Source: an uncultured Methanomicrobiales archaeon
GTDB lineage: Archaea > Halobacteriota > Methanomicrobia > Methanomicrobiales > Methanospirillaceae
Assembly (NCBI GenBank): GCA_963758915.1
Contig: CAVWXH010000003.1
Coordinates: 352,001 to 416,000 of the forward strand
Length of the DNA: 64,000 nucleotides
Direction of reading: 5' to 3'
Shown: positions 41,187 through 52,117 of the stretch, in pieces
How positions within the stretch are numbered: the stretch's first letter is position 1
How the letters are laid out: every line of letters starts with the position of its first letter
Notes under the pieces: model-generated
Seen by the model: the letters and a program-made list of their open reading frames with translations, nothing else
Databases searched by the model: none
What the model was told of the DNA's origin: nothing
Position numbers and translations under genes: made by a program

Positions 41187-41995
41187 TAACGCCTCCTGTT
41201 TGTTGCTGATCAGCCCGGTACGCTTTGAGAGGTGGGATTAATAGGTTTCTAGTCGTGACATAGTTTTTTCTCCTGGATTTCGTTCCGGAAAATGAAAATT
41301 CCAGGTTTCGCAAAATAAATTCCTGAATCTATCATATGTTGAAAAAATCCAAGTCCCGCTAATTAATTTCGTTATTGCTACAACACGCCATCATTTGAAT
41401 GGAGTAGATTCGAAGATCGCAACACATTCGAATGGAGAGGAGAAATATCAAAAAAATTACAATCCTACCATAACAACAGAAGTATCTCAATATTCCCCTC
41501 AGGCGACCTTTCCTAAAGCATTTTCCAGATTCTTCCGGCGTCCCGGTTTTCATACATTAAGTGCAGGCGGTGCCGGATGGCGGTAACAGAACGTGGGGGT
41601 TGTGGAAATATGCGAAAATCCCGGCATTGCAGGTCCATAAACCGCATAAAGCTATACGATGTAGTACGTTGTTCATCCCGGGATGAACCTACATGAGATC
41701 AATCACACCCCCCTGCACACGCCCTGAGTTCATACGATCCCATACCCCAAACAGGGCATGAATTTCGATCGGCCCGATACCGCTCTGCCCCTGTTGTAAA
41801 CGGCCAGTTCTCTGCCGTCCCACGCATTCCCGGACTGCATCCAAGTGTTCGTAATACCACGCGGTCCTGCCGGGGTTGTATATTGTGGATTACCTCGCCG
41901 TTCGTTGATGAGAACAGGCATCAGGTAGTCTGTTGTAACCGGGAACACGAACACTGCAAAAACCTTTTATTCCCCAGCTTTCACAGTATGACGGT

Positions 41996-42463
41996 ATGGG
42001 AATGAAAGAAAACTTTACCGCAGACGAGTGGAAGAACCTGGTATCTCTGCCGTACGCGATCTCAATGGCGGTAATCGCTGCAGCCCCGAACATTATGGGG
42101 CTCTGGAGTGAGACGAAGTCCATGATGCAGGAGCCCCAGAACCTGGCCGCTTCGAGCGGCAGTGCCCTTGCCGGGCTTATCATTGCAGAGGCACAGGCAC
42201 AGCTCAAGGAACTGGTATCCGGGCAGCAGCACCAGTGGAAAGAGGACCAGGCCGGATATCGGACCAGGGTCGTCACCGCCTGCAAATCCGCTGCGGCTGC
42301 CCTCGGCAAGGTCCCCCCGGAAGAGGCCCTGGCCTACAAAAAATGGGTGCTTGCCGTCGGCCTGAAGGTTGCCGAGGCCTCAAAGGAGGACGGGAATGCG
42401 GTAAGTGCCCCGGAGAAGACGGCTCTGGATGAGATCTCCGCCGCACTTGGCGCCAGTATGTAG
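41996..42463 (+). CDS. Conserved hypothetical helical protein
   Basis: FTADEW..L..LP; EEA.AYKKW...VAEASKE..VS..EK..L.EI..ALG. Confidence 0.8.
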   Translation: MGMKENFTADEWKNLVSLPYAISMAVIAAAPNIMGLWSETKSMMQEPQNLAASSGSALAGLIIAEAQAQLKELVSGQQHQWKEDQAGYRTRVVTACKSAAAALGKVPPEEALAYKKWVLAVGLKVAEASKEDGNAVSAPEKTALDEISAALGASM

Positions 42464-42723
42464 AGGCCCCGGGGTTTTTTTCAACCGGCCTTTCAGGCTA
42501 CAATATTTTCCAGCCAGGTTGCAGGGATGAATCCCGAAATAATGATATCATCTCGTACTGTCAGTCCCCCTTATTCACGGGGCTAGGGTGGATATATATG
42601 TCATATGACCAACATTGCCCGTATCAAGGGCATCTGGACGGGGTGGCTGGGAATACTTATTTGATAAGTAACTATTTATTCCTGAAAATGGTGTTTTATT
42701 TATATCAAGGGGGTTAAAAGCAC

Positions 42724-42909
42724 ATGACTGGTGAAGAAAAGCGGGAATATATATCATTTAAACATGGTCCCTGCCAAACAACTTACTCAATTGATGTCAC
42801 GTTCATAGAAGTACCTCATAGCATTAGCAGTACAAATAAATACCAGACCTCATTCCAATGTCCAAAATGTAAGGGTAGTAGGGAGACACTTACTATACGA
42901 GGAAGGTGA
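42724..42909 (+). CDS. Small Zn-ribbon-like protein
   Basis: HGPC...FQCPKC. Confidence 0.5.
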   Translation: MTGEEKREYISFKHGPCQTTYSIDVTFIEVPHSISSTNKYQTSFQCPKCKGSRETLTIRGR

Positions 42910-42945
42910 CGTGAAAGATAAACCCGAAGGAGAGGTGTTAAACTC

Positions 42946-43650
42946 ATGACCGTCATTGCACGACCCGAGTTTCCAGAGGAAAAAGAGTGGATCACCTGGC
43001 AGGATACCGAACAGAAGACATTTTCTACAAATATTATTACCGCTACGGACAAATCTGAAACTATTTTTACCGCCCTTAACGGGGTATATATGGCATTACT
43101 TGCTTTTTTTGGACTATCCAGCAATAGCGTTTTAACAAATTTTAAGCCCCCTGTTGTTTTTCTATTCTTAATCCCACCCGTCTTCTGGTTAATTGGAATG
43201 TATTGTTTCATGCAGGTAAAAAAGCCATATATCGCAAAACAACGTCCAAATGACGCAAGTGCAATCAGGAGAGACCTCTATAAATCAAACATAATAAAAG
43301 CAAACAGTTATAAATGGGGAATAACGTTTTTCTCAATTGGGGTGCTCTCAATCATTTTTGCAGTGGTTGGGGGGTTGTATTTCACAAGCATACCTGTCCA
43401 GCCAACGACATTTACTGAGTCAAATATTCAACTGGTTTTCATGGATGACCAGGCATCATGGCTCTCACAAATTCCGATGGAGTTTGTCCCGGGTACTAAC
43501 ACAACAACCAATGTCACGCTCGTGAATATGACTGAGACTGGATATCGTGTTATGTTGGCGAATGGAGATAGTGTGGACGTCCAGAAGGCCTGGGTGAAGA
43601 CAGTTATCTGGAAACCGAAACCCCCAGAACCAGCTCTCCAACCTGGTTAA
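42946..43650 (+). CDS. Hypothetical 3-TM membrane protein with C-terminal beta domain
   Basis: Three hydrophobic segments; ggagaggtg RBS; AT-rich. Confidence 0.75.
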   Translation: MTVIARPEFPEEKEWITWQDTEQKTFSTNIITATDKSETIFTALNGVYMALLAFFGLSSNSVLTNFKPPVVFLFLIPPVFWLIGMYCFMQVKKPYIAKQRPNDASAIRRDLYKSNIIKANSYKWGITFFSIGVLSIIFAVVGGLYFTSIPVQPTTFTESNIQLVFMDDQASWLSQIPMEFVPGTNTTTNVTLVNMTETGYRVMLANGDSVDVQKAWVKTVIWKPKPPEPALQPG

Positions 43651-44010
43651 ATTACCAATACCATTTTTAACAGCGCCCTTAGTGTTGCATTGGTGCATAA
43701 TTTTATTGATGAATTTCTACAAATTGCTAATATAATACAGAATTCTCTCCAATATGCGACATAAATACAAAACGCCTGAGTCTTTCCTTCACAAAATTCT
43801 AAAATTTTTCAACACCGTTGATACAGACTTTTCCCGCTTGAATTTTAACGGGTAGTCATCCCCCTGCCCCCTCAAACACCCCTTCCAATCCCTCAAAAAA
43901 ACGCACTAATATATAGGCTCCATACGATCACCCCTCCGGAAAGAATCCCGACCACAAACCACTTGGCACCTTGCGTACCACCTTTTCTGCAATACGTTCA
44001 GGTTTTTAAA

Positions 44011-45108
44011 ATGAACAAGTCTGATTCCGAATGCGGAGAGGCGCATTCCTATACCCTGAAGCAACTCGGCTGGACAGAAGAACATACCCTGGCCTTTTCA
44101 AAATATTCCGGACCCTATGTACCCGGCCGCGTGGCCTGCCGGCAGAAAACCATCTGGGATGTTTTTATAGACGGGGGATCTGTTGCCGCTGGGATCTCCG
44201 GAGCCCTGCGAAAACTGGGCCGCTTTCCCGCAGTGGGCGATTTTGTCGTGCTGCTTCACCAGCCGGAAGCCGGCTCCTCCACGATCGTTGATATCCTGCC
44301 GCAGAAATCTGTATTCACACGGGGAACTTCCGGGAAAGAAGGCACAGACCAGGTCATTGCAGCCAACATCGATATCGTGTTTATTGTCACGGCAGCCGGT
44401 CATGACCTCAACGCAAGGAGGATCGAACGGTACCTCACAATCGCCCATGCATCTGGTGCAAAACCGGTAATCGTGATTAATAAATCCGATCTTGCGGATG
44501 ACCCTGCTGTGCTCACGGATGAAATTATCCCGGTCGCATCCGGTATTCCGGTTATTCCCGTGAGTGCCATCAGTGGTTATGGGATCAACCGGCTCGAACC
44601 GTTCCTTACATCCGGCACAACGGTCGTACTCATCGGTTCATCCGGTGTCGGCAAGTCCACGCTGATCAACCGTCTGCTGGACCGGCCTGTCCAGGAAACC
44701 TCCGTTATCCGCGACTATGACGGGAAAGGCCGGCATACAACAACCGTACGGCAGCTCTTCGTTATGAAGAGCGGGGCACTCATGATCGATAATCCCGGGC
44801 TCCGTGAGGTTGGCATTGGTACGGCATCCGCCGGCATTGCCGAAACATTTCCGGATATTCTAAAATTTGCATCCGGGTGCCGGTTCTCGGACTGCCAGCA
44901 CGAACAGGAGCCGGGATGTGCCGTGCTGGAAGCAGTGGGGAGCGGGACACTTTCTTCATCACGGCTGGAAAATTATCACCGGCTCGTGCGGGAACTTGCA
45001 TTCGAGCAGGAGAAAGCCGAGATAGGGCTCGCACGGTCTGAACGAAAGCGGTGGAAGGGAATCACGAAACTCGCAAAGGAGATCAAAAAGGGGAACGGGG
45101 ATTTTTAA
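44011..45108 (+). CDS. rsgA: Ribosome small subunit-dependent GTPase A
   Basis: Permuted GTPase order NKSD, GSSGVGKSTL, GRHTTT, DNPG; Zn finger CRFSDCQHEQEPGC. Confidence 0.93.
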   Translation: MNKSDSECGEAHSYTLKQLGWTEEHTLAFSKYSGPYVPGRVACRQKTIWDVFIDGGSVAAGISGALRKLGRFPAVGDFVVLLHQPEAGSSTIVDILPQKSVFTRGTSGKEGTDQVIAANIDIVFIVTAAGHDLNARRIERYLTIAHASGAKPVIVINKSDLADDPAVLTDEIIPVASGIPVIPVSAISGYGINRLEPFLTSGTTVVLIGSSGVGKSTLINRLLDRPVQETSVIRDYDGKGRHTTTVRQLFVMKSGALMIDNPGLREVGIGTASAGIAETFPDILKFASGCRFSDCQHEQEPGCAVLEAVGSGTLSSSRLENYHRLVRELAFEQEKAEIGLARSERKRWKGITKLAKEIKKGNGDF

Positions 45109-45198
45109 AGGAACTAAGTATGTTCGATTTTTGATTATAATCGCAGCCGGTTGTGGGTTATGTTAAAAAACGTATTGAAAATTATTACCCTTACAACC

Positions 45199-46062
45199 CT
45201 ACAACCCGCCCTCGGGTTTCGGCATCTTTGGGAGCATGTACCGGAGGTACCAGAAGACAAGCCCGAGAACGATGCTTATGAGCACCACATACCAGCCGAA
45301 CTCGCCGAGCATCGCCCCCCCGGCCCCGGTTGTTGCTGTTAACACGGGGTAGAATTCCTGGGTGAAGTAGTTATCGAACCCATGAAGGAGGACTGCCGGC
45401 CAGATGCTCCCGGACCGGAGCCGGATCCATGCAAAGAGGGTGGAGCCGCCAATCATGGCGAGGAAGAACATGACCATCGAGTACCCAAGGCCGCCTGCTC
45501 CGGAATATCCCCCGGCGAGCATGACCGGAACGTGCCAGCAAAACCAGATGAATGCGGAGATGATCGCAATCCAGGTAAACGTGGTGAACCTGCCGAGCTC
45601 GGGGACAAGCAGCCCCCGCCACCCGAGCTCCTCGCCCGTTGCCGATACGAGACTGTAGCCAATCGCAATCACGATTCCCTGCAGGAACGGCAGCGCAAGC
45701 ATGGCTGCCGCCTTGTCCGGCAGGAACGGCGCAATGCCGGAAACCCACGCGGTGCCGAACATCACGAGCCCGACCGCAATGGGGATGACGATCGCAAGGA
45801 GCCACCACCGGAGCTCGCCGATCTTAAACCCGAATCCCTCAAGGTTACCCTGGAAGGCGAGACGGGTCACGATAGCCGCAACCGCGGGACACCACATGAG
45901 GAGAAACACCGAGTTTCTGAGTATGCCGGTATCTATTGCAAACTGCGGTTTTGCTGCGATGATGTACCAGAAGATCGACGAAAGTGCGAAAACGAGCACG
46001 AGGTAGGCTGCAACAACATGTTTCGGGTTGGTCAGCCGGGGTGCATCTGCCGGTTCTGCCAT
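45199..46062 (-). CDS. CPBP (CAAX/Abi) intramembrane metalloprotease
   Basis: GEELGWRG, WFCWH, SIWPAVLLHG..N. Confidence 0.92.
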   Translation of the reverse strand: MAEPADAPRLTNPKHVVAAYLVLVFALSSIFWYIIAAKPQFAIDTGILRNSVFLLMWCPAVAAIVTRLAFQGNLEGFGFKIGELRWWLLAIVIPIAVGLVMFGTAWVSGIAPFLPDKAAAMLALPFLQGIVIAIGYSLVSATGEELGWRGLLVPELGRFTTFTWIAIISAFIWFCWHVPVMLAGGYSGAGGLGYSMVMFFLAMIGGSTLFAWIRLRSGSIWPAVLLHGFDNYFTQEFYPVLTATTGAGGAMLGEFGWYVVLISIVLGLVFWYLRYMLPKMPKPEGGL

Positions 46063-46162
46063 ATCATGAGCTGGGTAGCCGGACGCTATTACGGTATTGG
46101 TTTTATTAGAATCCGGACCCTGAAACAGTCCCCCGTCAACAAAACCTCCATGCGGTCATTTT

Positions 46163-46628
46163 TTGCTCCCGCGTATTCGTGACGCTGCCTTTGACAACAC
46201 AAGCCGGGTGCATTCTTCCGGGCCAAAACTCTACGAAGAGAGCATGATGCTCAATTCGGCCGGTGCTGCTGCTTCCGGTGTAACCTGTGGCGCAGAATCA
46301 CCCGATGCAGAGGGTGCGAACTTCACCGCTACGCCCTACTGCGAGACGGTGATCACGAGATCACTGTTCATGGCTGACGACCTGGCGTATCGATCGGTTG
46401 GATCTATTAACCAGGCAGATCTGGAGGTCCCGGACACGTTTACCTTCACGGCAATAGGTTCAGGTGCGGGAATGGGATCGATGAGCTTCGGTTCGGGGAG
46501 TCTGTCGGGAATTGGTACTACGAGTGAGCCCGGTTATATGAACTGCTATCGGTAAGGACCTCATGGCCAGCGGCCGGTTCAACATCGGTGAGGACGTGCG
46601 GTGGACGTCGTTCTCGAAGACCGATTGA
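46163..46628 (+). pseudogene. 5'-truncated, frameshifted fragment of a secreted beta-rich protein, possibly a distant sheath-family member
   Basis: LYEESMMLNSAG..TCG..PYCE parallels SENLMIDGAG..LCPF..PAYCN; shifted tail DLMASGRFNIGEDVRWTSFSKTD*. Confidence 0.5.
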
Positions 46629-46707
46629 TAGGGGGGAATAAACCCGGATTTTTATACCAGCTCTCTTTTTTTGGAGTAGTGCTGAATATCTACCAAAGTG
46701 AACGATA

Positions 46708-46888
46708 ATGGCCGAAAAAAAGAAATGCGAGTACCTGTGAAAAAGACGCCATCGGGTACCAGGGATACGGGTGTTGCGCTGCCTATGTATGCCTGGACCA
46801 TGCCGACAGGTTTGTTCTTGACCTTAAACCCGGGGAAAAACTGATATCCGGCGAATGTTACTTCGAGCGGTTCGATAACCCGGATTAA
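46708..46888 (+). CDS. Small Cys-rich protein with a +1 frameshift near 46735
   Basis: Removing one C gives MAEKKKCEYCEKDAIGYQGYGCCAAYVCLDHA...GECYFERFDNPD*. Confidence 0.65.
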
Positions 46889-46980
46889 ACCGTATTACAA
46901 TAATCACCGGTATTGCTGCGATATGGGCATATAATTCAAAAGAGTATACATTTTTAACCGTTGGGAGATACTGACTCACC

Positions 46981-47448
46981 ATGAAGAACTACCTGGTACT
47001 TCCTGTCACTGTTGCCCTTGTCGCGGCAATAGTGGCTGGCTGTATCAGTCCGGTAAAACAGGAACAGTCCATCGTTACGCCGACGCATACCCCGCAAGTG
47101 TCTGCGACTACCGCACTACCAACCCCTGGAACCGTTATTACTCCGGCAGATCCCCACGAACCGATAATTGGTACCTGGCGATACAACGATTCATCCGGTA
47201 TTGACGATCGGTATGAGTTTGATTCACATTTTCGCTATAAAGAAAGTGTATATTCACCGAGAGCACAACGGACGCAGGTACAATATGGGTCCTGGTACCC
47301 TAATTCCTACAATTCATACGAACTAAGTTCTACCTATTACGGAATCCACACGATATTACTCTACGACCGGGAAAAAGATGTCATTTACGATACGAAATAT
47401 CCATCGGCACTCTTTTCCCGCTACCAGGGAGGTGCAGTTCCGAAATAG
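46981..47448 (+). CDS. Hypothetical lipoprotein
   Basis: Lipobox VAGC; Thr/Pro linker; PIIGTW beta-barrel-like domain. Confidence 0.82.
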   Translation: MKNYLVLPVTVALVAAIVAGCISPVKQEQSIVTPTHTPQVSATTALPTPGTVITPADPHEPIIGTWRYNDSSGIDDRYEFDSHFRYKESVYSPRAQRTQVQYGSWYPNSYNSYELSSTYYGIHTILLYDREKDVIYDTKYPSALFSRYQGGAVPK

Positions 47449-47544
47449 CCAATGGACACAATTTCTGATTTTCTAAATAATCAAATTACCCGGACACCCT
47501 TGTAAGGTCTTGGATTGTTGCGATTTGATGATTGCATAATAACA

Positions 47545-47631
47545 GATATATTTATTTGATCAATATAACTCAAAGGCAGATTATCGGGGGGTACTTTAGA
47601 GCATCCTCCTATATCTAACGGAGTGAGTGAT
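47545..47631 (+). promoter_or_regulatory. Conserved promoter/5' leader of the sheath-like paralogs (also ~48830-48911, ~50860-50948, ~52710-52793)
   Basis: AT-rich TATA-like box, then attat-ggggggtac..gcatcctcc..cggagtgagtgat-TTG/ATG in all four copies, more diverged in copy C. Confidence 0.7.
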
Positions 47632-48721
47632 TTGAAGCTTAGTAAATTAGGGGTTATTACGCTCTTATTATTCGGAATGGTCATTGCATTGACCGGTATC
47701 GTGTGCGCAGATCAGCCGGTCCCGGCAGTACCGGAAACACAAACTCTTGTCGACGGTAACTACTGCGGATGTTGTCGGACTCGCCATGGAGACTGATGCG
47801 GGGGCATGGACGTTGACGAATGATCCCTGGGTCACGGTATACCATACACTGTCCACCCGGCTGGGTCACGAAACACCTGATGCTTAGCTAATGCAGATCG
47901 ACGATTATAATGCCGGAGGATTAATCGCGGCTAGGCGGAAGGCTCATCAATGAGGTATTCAAATTATTATTCCATCAATCGCTGCTAAACGTTGCAACAG
48001 TTGCATGATCCAGACTCGTATACATGGGGGGATTTTGTCTCTAATCTTGTAGGACTGGGAGTCGACCCGACTTATTTACGGTGAAGGCATCCACACAGGC
48101 GCCCTCGACCCCGGGCAGGTCCAGTACACCACCGCCTATGACGCAGATATCGTCGCACAGGCAGGACACACCGTATTCACAAAAAGCATGAACATCGACA
48201 CCCGGAACAAGGTCATTTCCCAGTCCAACCTGGATGCAAAGACCGGATTAACCTTTGCTGCAACCGCTGACGGGGGAAATGTGGTCGGTTCAGAGAACAT
48301 CATGATCGACGGTGCAGGCATACTACCACCGCAGCAAGTGACCGGATGCTCTGTCCGTTCTCAGCCTACCCCGTCGATATAATTCCGGCATACTGTAACA
48401 TCGTCCAGGCTGGCAGCAAGTACGACCTGACGATTGGATCGGTGACAACCAATGCGAACGACCCGGTTCGTCGGCACTGATGCAACCAACCCGGTTGTCC
48501 TGAACTATGATATCAGTGTCAAACCATACGGCACGTCACAGGGACAGATCCTGGCAAGCGGCTCGGCAATGGCTTACATCAAAGCACACATCCAGGAAGC
48601 CCGGGTAAACGGAACAGCAAAGGCTGAAGACATGGTATACAATGAGCAGTCAAGTGCACAGGGTACCATCACCGCCTTCACCAAGGTGATCGCGTACCAG
48701 TCAGGCAAGTCATTGCTCTGA
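47632..48721 (+). pseudogene. Sheath-protein-like paralog A (several frameshifts, possibly read errors)
   Basis: TTG-KLSKLGVITLLLFGMV..ADQPVPAVPETQT; MNIDTRNK; FTKVIAYQSGKSLL*; indels near 47750, 48318, 48450. Confidence 0.8.
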
Positions 48722-48911
48722 TTTATACTCTCAAAAAATACTTTTTTTTAGCAGATTCTTTAAGGAGAGAACAAGATAAGGTACCATGTTAAAAGCAGGT
48801 ATTGTTGCGATACAACAATTCCGATAAAAGATACTTTTATTATCCGACAACTAAAAGGCAGATTATTTGGGGGGTACTTAATGCATCCTCCTGTTATACG
48901 GAGTGAACGAT

Positions 48912-49766
48912 ATGAAGCATAGTAAATTTGGGGTTATTACGCTCTTATTATTCGGAATGGTCATTGTATTGACCGGTATCGTGTGCGCAGATCAGCCAGT
49001 CCCGGCTAGTTCCGGAAACACAGGTGCTAGCGACGGTAACAACTGCGGATGTTGTCGGACTCGCCATGGAGACTGATGCAGGGGATGGACGATGACGAAC
49101 AGCGGGGAAATATGATACCGTGAGTGGAACAGCGGCCTGTGTTAGAAATTTTAACGTGATGAAAGGCAAGTACTCGGCGAAGTTAATTGCACTCGTCAAC
49201 TCGACCGGAATTATGAGTAGTCTTGCAGTGCCAAATTGATGCTGAATCAGGAGTTTAGGATTGAAGACAAGCAGGTTATTCAAGTGCAGAGGTCTGACCA
49301 AATGATGCATTAGACTATAGCAAAGGGATCGCAATGAGGCATCAGTATGCGAAGTCCACTATACAACCGCATATGATGCAAATATAGTTGCACAGGGTGG
49401 ACATACTGATTACAAGAGATGAAATCGAACCGGAACAAGGTGATTTCACAGTCCAACCTGATGCAAAGACGCTTAACCTTCGCTGCAACTGCTGACGGGG
49501 TAATGTGTCGGATCAGAAAACCTGATGATTGACGGTGCAGGTAATCACACCAGCATCAGAAGATGCTCTGTCCATTTAGTAGCCGTGATGTATTCTGTAT
49601 TGAAATGTAGGAAGAGATGATGAATGTTAGTAAAATGAAATGAAGTTATAGTTCTGATGAAAATGGTCTGAATAATATAGTGTAAAATACGACTTACAAA
49701 ATGAAGGTGAATGGATATAAAGAAATAGAAGGTTATAAAACAGTCTACAAGCAATCACTCCTGTGA
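48912..49766 (+). pseudogene. Sheath-protein-like paralog B, heavily degenerate
   Basis: ATG-KHSKFGVITLLL..ADQPVP; remnants tatacaaccgcatatgatgcaaatatagttgcacag, gaaaacctgatgattgacggtgca, atgctctgtccattt, aatcactcctgtga. Confidence 0.75.
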
Positions 49767-49948
49767 GAAAAACACCTGCAATTCTATTTTTTAACGATTC
49801 AATCAAAAGGAGAAATGAATACCCGGCACCCTTAGTATTACGAAAAGGATCCTAAAAACCTTACATTGCCCCTAAAAAGAGACGGTAAGTTAAGGCGAAT
49901 AGCCTCCTTTATTTGTTTATCCGTTATTAGACAGGGTTGTCACAAAGG

Positions 49949-50362
49949 ATGATGGAAGAGATAGTAATTGCACCATGCGGGATGAACTGTGCACTATGCA
50001 TGGCATATCTTCGGGATAACAATAAATGTCCTGGTTGCAGGGAAGAGAGTCTGAATAAATCAAAAAGTCGCTCAAATTGTATGATTAAAAACTGTGACGA
50101 ATTAAAAAATAACAATTATAACTACTGTTTTTCATGTGCACAATTTCCCTGTGCCAGAATAAAACATCTGGATAAACGATATCGCACAAAATACCTGATG
50201 AGTATGATTGAAAATCTTGAACATATCAATAAATCGGGCATTCGGGATTTTATCGAAAATGAACAGGTAAGATGGACTTGTTCTGAATGTGGAGGCACTA
50301 TCTGCGTGCATCAAGGGTATTGCTATTCCTGCGGTACAAAGAAACAGGTGCTCGGTTTATAG
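49949..50362 (+). CDS. DUF3795 Cys-rich protein
   Basis: IAPCGMNCALC, CPGCR, CFSCAQFPC, WTCSECGG..C...CYSCG. Confidence 0.9.
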   Translation: MMEEIVIAPCGMNCALCMAYLRDNNKCPGCREESLNKSKSRSNCMIKNCDELKNNNYNYCFSCAQFPCARIKHLDKRYRTKYLMSMIENLEHINKSGIRDFIENEQVRWTCSECGGTICVHQGYCYSCGTKKQVLGL

Positions 50363-50420
50363 GGTAAATAACCTGGTTGAACCAATGAAAAAGACCACGG
50401 GAGAGGGCTGGAAACATCAC

Positions 50421-50789
50421 ATGAAACGATATTCTCATTGTTGTCTGCTGGTAATCCTGCTGATGGTTACTATCACGGTGTCTGCGGGTTGCATCTCGAA
50501 CACATCGTCGTATGATTTTACCATGAAACGGGTTGTTGCGGTAGAAAAAGGCGGGTACTTTGAAGATATTCCCATGAGGCTTGATTTAAAAGGGAATAAT
50601 ATTGCCTGTGTATACGAAAAAAATCAGCCATCCGGTTCGGAAAAGTGTGGGACCTATACCATTACGGGTAACGAATTACGCTTTGACATACCAGGTAACC
50701 AGATGTACGGAGGGTATATTCTTGAAAACGGAGATATTTCGTTACTGGACTGGAGTACGCAGGAATATATCGTCATGAAAAAAGTCTGA
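50421..50789 (+). CDS. Hypothetical lipoprotein
   Basis: MKRYSH..SAGC lipobox; GTYTITGNEL. Confidence 0.75.
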   Translation: MKRYSHCCLLVILLMVTITVSAGCISNTSSYDFTMKRVVAVEKGGYFEDIPMRLDLKGNNIACVYEKNQPSGSEKCGTYTITGNELRFDIPGNQMYGGYILENGDISLLDWSTQEYIVMKKV

Positions 50790-50948
50790 AAAACAGCCAG
50801 GGATTATCCGGCTGTATGGTTAGGTCTTCCGGGATTGTTTTGATACAGTTGCATAAATAGAGATATATTTATTAATCAATATGACCCAAAAGTCAAATTA
50901 CTGGGGGCTGTTTTTTGGGTATCCTCCACATCTGACGGAGTGAGTGAT

Positions 50949-51830
50949 TTGAAGATTAGTAAATTCGGGGTTATTGCGCTCTTACTATTCGGAATGGTCA
51001 TTGTATTGACTGGTATCGTGTGCGCAGATCAGCCGGTCCCGGCAGTCCCGGAGACACAAACGCTTTCGACGACAACGACTGCGGATGTTGTCGGGATTAC
51101 CATGGAAACCGATGCCGGGGCATGGACGACCACATCCAGCGGGCAGGCAATGTACATACTCACAATGCCCGCAGGTGGAGCACCTGCCCCCTTCACTCAG
51201 GGTATGTTAAACCAGTTAGTGGCTGGTGGAGGTCACTATATACTTTATCCCGGACTGACGCCCCCATGGGTAACAAGCGTATCCATTCCCCAATCTCTGT
51301 TAAATCAACAGATTGTTGATAATCCTTCGGGAACAACATGGCAGGATCTGGTTGAACTCTATGAAGTTATTGGATGGAGTGAGGCCTTCGCCAAAGGTGG
51401 ATTACATACCGGAGCATTGGACCCGGGCGAAGTCCGTTACACCACCGCCTATGATGCAAATATCGTCGCACAGGCAGGACACACCGTATTGACAAAAAGT
51501 ATGAACATCGACACCCGGAACAAGGTCATTGCGCAGTCCAACCTGAATGCAAAGACCGGACTTAACCTTTGCTGCAACCGCTGACGGCGGTAACGTCGTT
51601 GGTTCAGAAAACCTCATGATCGACGGTGCAGGTAACTGGACTACACCAGCATCAGATCGTATGCTCTGTCCGTTCTCCGCATACCCGGTCGATGTAATTC
51701 CGGCGTACTGCAACATCGTCCAGGCGGCAGCAAGTATGACCTGACCATGGATCAGTGACCACCAATGCAAACGATCGGTTCGTCGGGAGTGAGCAACCAA
51801 CCCGTGTCCTGAAGTATGCGATCAATGTCA
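50949..51830 (+). pseudogene. Sheath-protein-like paralog C (frameshift ~51562, interrupted at ~51830)
   Basis: ORFs 50940-51584 and 51547-51744 are collinear with 52794-53936. Confidence 0.8.
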
Positions 51831-52115
51831 AGTTACGTTGCAGATCGAGCGGAACCTGGAAATAAAAGGGGGTCATTGCTGACCTCATGGCTCCTTTCCC
51901 TGGGCCCGGTCAAGGGGCACTGTACTATGTTGATGAGGACAGGGTTATAGGATGGGACCCGATCACCCTCCAAAAATAGTGTATTTTTGAGTATTCAGAG
52001 GAGCGATTTCCCTGACGGGTACGCGATCACCTTGGTGAAGGCGGTTATGGTTCCCTGTGCACTTGACTGCTCGTAATAGACTAAGTCCTCATCCTTTGCC
52101 GTTCCGTTCACCCGG
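51830..52115 (-). other. Inverted fragment: 3' end of a sheath-like paralog plus downstream flank
   Basis: Reverse complement reads gggtgaacggaacggcaaagg..aaggtgatcgcgtac..aaatcgctcctctga, then matches 53937-54100. Confidence 0.88.
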
Positions 52116-52117
52116 GG

